From Planctomycetota bacterium (GTDB lineage: Bacteria > Planctomycetota > UBA11346): 12,828 nucleotides of DNA. The position numbers were made by a program, and so were the translations under genes. Under the pieces are notes generated by a model. It did not search any database, had not been told where the DNA came from, and saw only the letters and a list, made by a program, of their open reading frames with translations. The stretch covers positions 1-12,828 of the forward strand of contig JBBQSO010000122.1 in NCBI GenBank assembly GCA_038213805.1. The letters run 5' to 3'. Below, piece by piece: positions 6,897-12,828 of the stretch. Positions within the stretch are counted from its first letter, which is position 1. The number at the start of each line of letters is the position of its first letter.

Positions 6897-9581
6897 TCAT
6901 TTCGCCTGGAACAGATCGCTGAGGACGAGCAGGGTGATGAGATCGCGGAGGCGGTCGCCACCCGCCCGGAACTTTCCGGTCAATTTGTCGAGGTCGGCGC
7001 GGTCGGCGAACAGCAGCGGCCGGCCCAGGGCGAACACGGCCAGCTTGTGCACCACGGCGCGGGCGAACTGGTCCTGCCGGTCGGCGAGCAGGTAGCGCTT
7101 CAGGCCATCGAGGCCGTCCAGCACCTGTTTGTTGAACAGCGCTGATTTCGCGTCGACCGGCTTGCCGTTGATATCGGTGCGCCAGTGGCCGACCGCGTCG
7201 AAGTTCTCGAAGGCGACGCCCCAGGGATCGATGCGCGAATGGCAGGAATAGCAGGCCGGCTTGTTGCGGTGGTCCGCGATGCGCTCCTTGAGCGTCATCT
7301 TGAGGATCTCGGGGTTGGTCAGGTCGACCTGCGGGACGTTGGGCGGTGGCGGCGGCGGCGGGTCATCGAGGATGCGCTTGAGCACCCACACGCCGCGCTT
7401 GAGGGGATGCGAATCCTTGCCGTCCGAGTTCATCGCCAGGATGCCGGCGCAGGTCATGATACCGCCGCGATTGCTCGCGGGATCGATGGTGACGCGGCGG
7501 AACTCGGGCCCGTCGATCGCGGGCAGCCCGTAGTGCCGCGCCAAGCGCTCGTTGACCATGGCGTAATCCGAATGGATGAAATCCATGATGCTGGCGTTCT
7601 TTTCCAGCACCTCGGCGAAGTACGCGACGGGCTCCTGGCCCATGGCGTCCTTCAGCGCCTCGTCGTAGACACCATGGTACTGCTGCATGTCGACGTTGAG
7701 GTGGTCGAGCGCATCCAGGCCCAGCCACTGACGGACAAAGTTGTGCGCGAAGCGCTGGGCGCGCGGATCCGTCAGTAGGCGGGCGACCTGCGCGCTCAGC
7801 ACCTGCCCGTCGCTGAGCCGGCCCTTGCGGGCGAGGTCGAGCAGCTCCTGGTCGGGGATGCTGCACCACAGGAACATCGCCAGGCGGCTGGCGAGTTCAA
7901 AGTCGTTGATCTTCTTCGCGTTTCCGGGCCCTGCTGCCGAATTCCGCTGCGTCAGGTAGAGGAAGTCCGGCGCGGTCAGGACGGTGGCCATGACCTCCAA
8001 CATGGCGTCCTCGAGATTCGCGAAGCCCGGCCGGTACGCGGTGAACAGTCCCATGTACTGATCGACCTCCGGGGCCGCGACCGGCCGCCGCCAGGCGCGG
8101 GCCATGAAACGGCTCAGCACTTCGCGACCGTATTTCACCTCGTTGCCGCGATCGCCGTCCACGAAGATGTCGGTGTAGGTCTTGGGCGGCCACTGCTCGT
8201 AGCAGGGAGCGCTGATCTCGACGTAGTCGATGAGCACGTCGAGCGGTCCGCCCGCGCCCTGGTGGCCGGCGTCGCCCAGGCGCTGGATGGTCAGGACCTC
8301 GGCGGGATTGGGCATGGCGCCCAGCTGGGAGATCTTGCGGAAGGGATTGCGCGGGATCTCTCCCAGCGGCACGCGGAACTCGAGCATCTGCGGTTTCCCG
8401 GCCTCTGCCGTGACCGCCTGGTCGCCATCGCCCACGACCTGCAGGAAGTTGGCGTTGTTGCTGGTCTGACCGCCGAAGCTCAGGCGCAGCCCGGCGTAGC
8501 CGCGATCCTGCGGCAGCGAGCGCGCCGCGCGGATGCGCACGCGCATGGTGCCCTGGTCCGGGAGGTAGTCGCCGAGATCCAGCATCAGCTTGGCCGAGGG
8601 CGGGAGGACGGCGACCACGGACGCGACCGCCGGATCGCTGCCCGGGGTGGCGTCGGGTTTGTGACCCCACTTGCCGCCGTCGTAGGAATAGCCGTAGAGC
8701 ACGCCCTTGCCGGTGTCGCGGTTGACGATGTAGGCCTGCGACCCGCCGCGGTCGTGATCCTTGCCCTTGGTGTCCACCGTCTTCTCCTTCAGCCGCAGCG
8801 CGATGTCCATCGCCTCCTGCATCGGGATCTGGTAGGTCACCAGCGCCGGGCGCTCGCCGTGGACCGCGGCCTTCTTCAGCGCCGTCAAGGCGATCTGACG
8901 GTAGTACTCCAGCTGCATGGCCGACATCTGCAGCATGTGCGAGCCGTTCGTGAAGCCGTCCTCGGAGAAGGATTCGGGCGGCAGGCTGGTGGCGAATTCG
9001 TAGGGCAGGCCGAGCAGGTCCTGCAGCGCGTAGTTGTACTCGTAACGGGCCATGCGGCGGAACGAGGTCGGGCCCTGCCCCTGTCGCTGGCCCTGCGAGG
9101 CCTTCTGCAGCTCCGCCCCCAGCCACGCGACCATGGCGCTGCGCTGCTGGTCATCGAGTTGCAGGTGCTGGTCGTTTTCCGGCGGCATCTCGCCATTGCT
9201 GACGACGTCGTAGACGGTCAGCCACTTCTCGACGTCGTGCCCTTTGAGCAGATCCGGATCCAGCGTATCGACGCGGAACTTGCCCTTCTGCTTCTCTGGT
9301 CCATGACAGGCCATGCAGGTGGTCTTGAATGCCGGCGCGACCTGGGCCTTGAAGCCGGCGAGATTCGCGGTCGGCGCGCCGGCGGAGGCCGGCGGCGTGG
9401 TCGCGGCACCGTTTTTCAGATACGACGATTTCCCATGACCGGCTGCCCGCGCTTCGCTCAATGGCGGCAGGGCGACGGCGGCGCCATTCTGGACTTCGGC
9501 ATCTGCGGCCACCAGACCACCGCCCGCGAAGCCCGGGGCGAGGGCGAGCCCGATGACCAGGAACAAACACATCGGTCTCAT
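6897..9581 (-). CDS. Planctomycete cytochrome-c / DUF1587-DUF1595-DUF1592-DUF1588-DUF1585 multidomain exported protein, about 894 aa
   Basis: Likely start ATG 9581 (or 9572) giving a signal peptide. CMACH (9303-9317) then GEMPP; RRMARYEYNYALQDLLG; RAWRRPV; FELASRLAMFLWCSIPDQELL; NFVRQWL; HPLKRGVWVLKRILDDPPPPPPPNVP; CYSCH (7239-7253); FENFDAVGHWR; FALGRPL. Confidence 0.93.
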   Translation of the reverse strand: MRPMCLFLVIGLALAPGFAGGGLVAADAEVQNGAAVALPPLSEARAAGHGKSSYLKNGAATTPPASAGAPTANLAGFKAQVAPAFKTTCMACHGPEKQKGKFRVDTLDPDLLKGHDVEKWLTVYDVVSNGEMPPENDQHLQLDDQQRSAMVAWLGAELQKASQGQRQGQGPTSFRRMARYEYNYALQDLLGLPYEFATSLPPESFSEDGFTNGSHMLQMSAMQLEYYRQIALTALKKAAVHGERPALVTYQIPMQEAMDIALRLKEKTVDTKGKDHDRGGSQAYIVNRDTGKGVLYGYSYDGGKWGHKPDATPGSDPAVASVVAVLPPSAKLMLDLGDYLPDQGTMRVRIRAARSLPQDRGYAGLRLSFGGQTSNNANFLQVVGDGDQAVTAEAGKPQMLEFRVPLGEIPRNPFRKISQLGAMPNPAEVLTIQRLGDAGHQGAGGPLDVLIDYVEISAPCYEQWPPKTYTDIFVDGDRGNEVKYGREVLSRFMARAWRRPVAAPEVDQYMGLFTAYRPGFANLEDAMLEVMATVLTAPDFLYLTQRNSAAGPGNAKKINDFELASRLAMFLWCSIPDQELLDLARKGRLSDGQVLSAQVARLLTDPRAQRFAHNFVRQWLGLDALDHLNVDMQQYHGVYDEALKDAMGQEPVAYFAEVLEKNASIMDFIHSDYAMVNERLARHYGLPAIDGPEFRRVTIDPASNRGGIMTCAGILAMNSDGKDSHPLKRGVWVLKRILDDPPPPPPPNVPQVDLTNPEILKMTLKERIADHRNKPACYSCHSRIDPWGVAFENFDAVGHWRTDINGKPVDAKSALFNKQVLDGLDGLKRYLLADRQDQFARAVVHKLAVFALGRPLLFADRADLDKLTGKFRAGGDRLRDLITLLVLSDLFQAK

Positions 9582-9727
9582 GCGTAGCGACAACTCTACC
9601 CCCCATTCCGGCGACCCGCACCGGGGCATCCGGCGCCATGCAGGCAGGACTGGAAGATGGAGCATGGGCGACCCGTTGGCTGGAGCTTGTGTTAGTATTA
9701 CCGTTCCCACTCCATTGCGTTGTCTGG

Positions 9728-9736
9728 ATCATACCA
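9728..9736 (-). promoter_or_regulatory. Possible extended -10 promoter for the DUF1592/DUF1552 operon
   Basis: TG-G-TATGAT at 9736-9728, about 145 nt upstream of ATG 9581; no good -35. Confidence 0.35.
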
Positions 9737-9905
9737 CGGGCACCGCTCCATGCACGGCTCAAGCCCGTCGGATCCGTCGTTTCATACAGATCTTTGCCCA
9801 TGCAACCATGCCAGGCAGCGTGGTTGTCAGCGCTGGCACGGACCGGACATTCTGGCGGCGCCTCAGCGCCGGAACCATCCGCCCCGCCATGCCCGCCGCT
9901 CGCCT

Positions 9906-9946
9906 AAAAAACAAAACCCCGGTAAAGCATACGCCTTACCGGGGTT
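9906..9946 (-). terminator. Rho-independent terminator after tRNA-His
   Basis: 11-bp perfect stem AACCCCGGTAA/TTACCGGGGTT (9915-9925, 9936-9946) followed on the minus strand by TTGTTTTTT, 4 nt after the tRNA CCA. Confidence 0.9.
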
Positions 9947-9950
9947 ACAC

Positions 9951-10028
9951 TGGGGTCCTTGACGGGAATCGAACCCGCTACCTCAAGAGCCACAATCTTG
10001 CGCTCTAACCAGATGAGCTACAAGGACC
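9951..10028 (-). tRNA. tRNA-His (GUG)
   Basis: Cloverleaf: G(-1) plus GTCCTTG/CAAGGAC acceptor, C73, encoded CCA; D-arm GCTC/GAGC; anticodon arm CAAGA-TTGTGGC-TCTTG; T-arm GCGGG-TTCGATT-CCCGT. G-1:C73 is the His identity element. Confidence 0.98.
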
Positions 10029-10041
10029 GTGTGGGGCGAGG

Positions 10042-10069
10042 ACCATAGGGGACTGGGAGGGCGAGTCAA
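10042..10069 (-). promoter_or_regulatory. Putative sigma70 promoter of tRNA-His
   Basis: TTGACT (10069-10064), 16-nt spacer, TATGGT (10047-10042), then a GC-rich discriminator-like stretch 13 nt before the tRNA. Confidence 0.6.
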
Positions 10070-10185
10070 CGCAGGAGGAACGCGGAGAGGTACCCGCCGA
10101 GTGGCCGCCATCAGGGAGTACCGCGGGTTTCTGGACAGGCCCCGGGCCGGCGGCACCATGGGTTCGCTCCCGAGGCCGCACCCCC

Positions 10186-11970
10186 ATGACCACCGTCCGC
10201 GTCTTGACCGTCCTGGTCGCCGGCATCGCCTGCTTGGTGGCGCCCGGCTGCAACACGCCGCGGACCACCGAGAAGCTGCGTAAGACGGCGCTGGTCGAGG
10301 CCTCGGAGGGGCGCTTCGCGCAGGCGGCCGCCAACATCAACGATCTGTGCGGCAGCTACGACACCGGCGAGCCCAAGGAGGCGGGTGGTGCGCCCGCGGC
10401 CAGTGGTTCGCTGTCGGGCAAGCAGGCGCTGCTCTGGCATCTGGAGCGCGGCATGGTCGGCCACCTGCAGGGCGACTGGCAGCTCAGCGACCGCCACCTC
10501 GACGCGGCTGCAGACCTGGTCGACGAGCGGCGCAAGAAAGGCATCGTCACCGAGACCGGCACCATGGTGGCGAACGACACGCTGCGCGACTACGCGGGCA
10601 ACGCCTTCGAGCACATCCAGCTCGACTACTACCGCGCGCTGAATCGCACCGTGCAGGCGGAGCTGAGCACCGGACTGCTCGATCTCAAGACCACCTACTT
10701 CGCGAACCTGCCGCCGGTGATCGACCACAGCAACGCCGCGGCGGTTCCGGTGGCGGTGCCGGCCGGCACGCCGGCGGCGGTCCCGGCCGACGACCAGTAT
10801 GGGCGCGCGATCAGCTTCGCGCGCCGGCTGACCATCAACCAGCTCAAGGAGACCGAGGACGCGGCGGGGTCGCACCGCTACGACGACGATCCGTTCGGCC
10901 GCCTGCTGGCGGCGGCGCTGACCTGGTGCCCGCCGCTGGCAGCGCGCGCGGAAGGCGACCTGCAGTTCGCGGACGCCATGCTCAAGCGCGCGGTGCAGGG
11001 CTACGCGCACCAGACCAGGGTGCTGACCGGCGACCAGCCGTTCCGCTACGAGGCGCGCGCGCGGCCTGAACTGCTCGACACCCTGCTGGTGCGCACCTGC
11101 CGGCGCTACGACCGCGAGGGCTTCGACCAGCGCCTGGCCGAGTTCGGCTTCCAGCCGGGCGACCCGCGCCTGAAGCAGGCCGAGCTCGCGCCGGGCGCGG
11201 GCATGGTGCTGATCCTCAACCACGTCGGCTTCATTGCCCATCCCGAAGTGCTGGACATCCGCATCATCGCGGTGGGCGGCTTCCCGCACCCGCCGAGCAG
11301 CGAGGAGCGCGCGGAAGGCATCAGCGGCACGAGCTTCACCATCGGCGGCCTGGGCTTCTACGCCAAGGGCCCGGGCAGCGACATCGTCACCCACTGGGCG
11401 GCGATCCCGGTGCCGGGCGAGGTCATCAACCGGCTGCTCGCCCCGGGCGGTGCGGCCTTCATGGGCTTCGCCCTGCCGGTGCACCGGCCCGACCGTCAGA
11501 ACCCGCCACCCGCCACCATCCGCGCCATCCCCACCGCGGGCGGGTCGGAGACCATCCGCACCCTGGAGGTGGTCAGCGACCTCGACGCCTACGCCCGCGC
11601 CACGCTGAAAGACGAACAGCCGAAGCTGCTGGTGAAGACCCTGATCCGCGCCGCGGGCAAGCAAGTCGCGGCCGGCACCGTCACGCACGAACTGACCAAG
11701 CGCAACGACGGCCTGGGCGAACTGCTGGGCGCCGGGCTGAACCTGCTGACCTCGGCCGCCGCCACGCTGTCGGAGGTCGCGGACACGCGCTCGTGGTCGA
11801 GCCTGCCCGATCACATCGAGGCGCGCCTGCTCGACCTGCCGGCGGGCAGCTACGCGCTGCGCCTGGAGACCACCTACGGCACCGTCGAGCTCGGCACGGT
11901 GAAGGTACCGGCCGGGCGCTTGGTGGTGGTGCCGGTGCGCACCTACCCGGAACCGGCGCTGCGCCCCTGA
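10186..11970 (+). CDS. COG3014-like lipoprotein, 594 aa (helical N-terminal part, beta-rich C-terminus)
   Basis: Lipobox-like VAPG-C; LLWHLERGMV, ANDTLRDYAGNAFE, ARRL, EVADTRSWSSLPDHI...LPAGSY match COG3014 as I recall it; adjacent LpoB-like gene is the usual context. Confidence 0.82.
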   Translation: MTTVRVLTVLVAGIACLVAPGCNTPRTTEKLRKTALVEASEGRFAQAAANINDLCGSYDTGEPKEAGGAPAASGSLSGKQALLWHLERGMVGHLQGDWQLSDRHLDAAADLVDERRKKGIVTETGTMVANDTLRDYAGNAFEHIQLDYYRALNRTVQAELSTGLLDLKTTYFANLPPVIDHSNAAAVPVAVPAGTPAAVPADDQYGRAISFARRLTINQLKETEDAAGSHRYDDDPFGRLLAAALTWCPPLAARAEGDLQFADAMLKRAVQGYAHQTRVLTGDQPFRYEARARPELLDTLLVRTCRRYDREGFDQRLAEFGFQPGDPRLKQAELAPGAGMVLILNHVGFIAHPEVLDIRIIAVGGFPHPPSSEERAEGISGTSFTIGGLGFYAKGPGSDIVTHWAAIPVPGEVINRLLAPGGAAFMGFALPVHRPDRQNPPPATIRAIPTAGGSETIRTLEVVSDLDAYARATLKDEQPKLLVKTLIRAAGKQVAAGTVTHELTKRNDGLGELLGAGLNLLTSAAATLSEVADTRSWSSLPDHIEARLLDLPAGSYALRLETTYGTVELGTVKVPAGRLVVVPVRTYPEPALRP

Positions 11971-12034
11971 CCTTCGTCCTTCCCTCCTGCGCGTTTCCCG
12001 CACCATTCCCGCACCCCACAAGGATTCCCCGATC

Positions 12035-12634
12035 ATGCGCGCCACGCTCCGCCTCACCATCGCCCTGCTCGTCCCCGCCCTCGCCATGATGAGCGGCTGC
12101 GGCGACACCAAGGTCACCCGCGAATCGCCGAACTCCGTACGCGACCTGTCCGGCAACTGGAACGCCACCGACAGCCGCCAGACGGCGGAGGCGCTCATCA
12201 ACCAGTTCCTGACGCGCAGCTGGGCCGACGACTTCCGCACCGCGCACAATGGGCAGAAGCCGATCGTGAAGATCGGCCGCATCGTGGTGCGCTCCAACGG
12301 CGACGTCATCGCCACCGACATCTTCACCAACGACCTGATCACCGCGCTGGTCGATTCGGGCAAGGCGCGCGCCGTGGCGAGCAACTCCGAGACCGACCAG
12401 GCGCGCGAGGAGCGCAAGGAGCAGGACGTGCACGCCAGCGAGGCCACCCGCAAGGAGAGCTTCCAGGAACTGGGCGCCGACTTCCTGATCCTTGGCGCGA
12501 TCAACGTCCAGGACGACCAGGACGGCGGCCGGAAGCAGAAGTTCTACGCGGTCGACCTCAAGCTGACCGACATCAAGACCCAGGAACAGGTCGCCTCGGC
12601 GAGCAAGAAGATCTCGAAGTACATCGAGCGCTAG
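12035..12634 (+). CDS. lpoB: LpoB-like (penicillin-binding protein activator / CsgG-like fold) lipoprotein, 199 aa
   Basis: AAGGA upstream; lipobox-like MSG-C; DLSGNWNATDS, KPIVKIGRI, LVDSGK, GADFLILGAI, FYAVDLKLTDIKTQEQV...KKISK. Family-level call; PBP1b activation not shown. Confidence 0.8.
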   Translation: MRATLRLTIALLVPALAMMSGCGDTKVTRESPNSVRDLSGNWNATDSRQTAEALINQFLTRSWADDFRTAHNGQKPIVKIGRIVVRSNGDVIATDIFTNDLITALVDSGKARAVASNSETDQAREERKEQDVHASEATRKESFQELGADFLILGAINVQDDQDGGRKQKFYAVDLKLTDIKTQEQVASASKKISKYIER

Positions 12635-12655
12635 GCTTCGCCCGCAGCGCGGGAC

Positions 12656-12697
12656 AACAGCACGACCCGGCGGGATTCCGCCGGGTCGTGCTGTTTT
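12656..12697 (+). terminator. Long perfect hairpin, probable intrinsic terminator of the lipoprotein operon
   Basis: 18-bp stem AACAGCACGACCCGGCGG (12656-12673), loop GATT, CCGCCGGGTCGTGCTGTT (12678-12695), ending in TTTT; 21 nt after the stop codon. Confidence 0.85.
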
Positions 12698-12704
12698 GGC
12701 TTGG

Positions 12705-12828
12705 TGGCTGATGGCTGATGGCTGATGGCTGATGGCTGATGGCTGATGGCTGATGGCTGATGGCTGATGGCTGATGGCTGATGGCTGATGGCTGATGGCT
12801 GATGGCTGATGGCTGATGGCTGATGGCT
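12705..12828. repeat. Perfect heptanucleotide tandem repeat (TGGCTGA)n, at least 17.7 copies, truncated by the window end
   Basis: 124 nt of uninterrupted TGGCTGA units from 12705 to the last base, preceded by degenerate TGGCT-TGG. Confidence 0.98.

Noticed and set aside
7340..7363. GGC-type triplet run encoding poly-proline
   Set aside because: The PPPPPPPNVP stretch is a normal conserved motif of the DUF1588-type domain, not a contingency repeat.
5267..9587. ORFs 5267..6433, 7897..9126 and 8262..9587
   Set aside because: Shadows of the DUF1552 and DUF1592 genes.
9582..9710. Longer N-terminus of the DUF1592 protein given by the ORF track (start 9710)
   Set aside because: It would bury the signal peptide about 45 aa inside the protein; ATG 9581 or 9572 fits better.
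2406..10028. Genomic island integrated at tRNA-His
   Set aside because: No integrase, and no duplicated tRNA 3' end found by eye beyond a 9-bp GTCCTTGAC match at 4704-4712 inside a CDS; the terminator directly follows the tRNA. An old, eroded island cannot be excluded.
10735..10790. AAVP-like low-complexity repeat in the COG3014-like gene
   Set aside because: Short, imperfect Ala/Pro/Val linker; the frame is intact.
10111..12504. 797-aa minus-strand ORF
   Set aside because: Antisense to two well-supported lipoprotein genes; no domain signal; explained by stop-codon scarcity at high GC.
12705..12828. CRISPR array or telomere
   Set aside because: No spacers, a 7-nt unit and no cas genes; in a bacterial context an assembly break or window cut is the simpler explanation for the terminal position.

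Overview
GC-rich bacterial window, probably Planctomycetota/PVC-type (inferred from the planctomycete cytochrome-c/DUF1592 + DUF1552 gene pair). Minus strand, right to left: tRNA-His(GUG) with promoter and terminator; a two-CxxCH DUF1592/PSD-type protein followed by a Tat-motif DUF1552 protein; a small secreted beta-rich protein; five short, lower-GC hypothetical genes, four of them membrane-anchored; an 85-aa membrane protein; and a PAS hybrid histidine kinase that runs off the left edge and is missing from the ORF track. Plus strand: a COG3014-like lipoprotein, an LpoB-like lipoprotein, an 18-bp perfect hairpin and a perfect (TGGCTGA)n array running to the window end. I found no integrase, transposase, CRISPR array or defence system. 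No clearly new system is demonstrable from sequence alone. The best leads are uncharacterised envelope/redox modules, the accessory gene patch, a structured upstream element and the heptamer array. All family calls come from motif recognition, not database searches.
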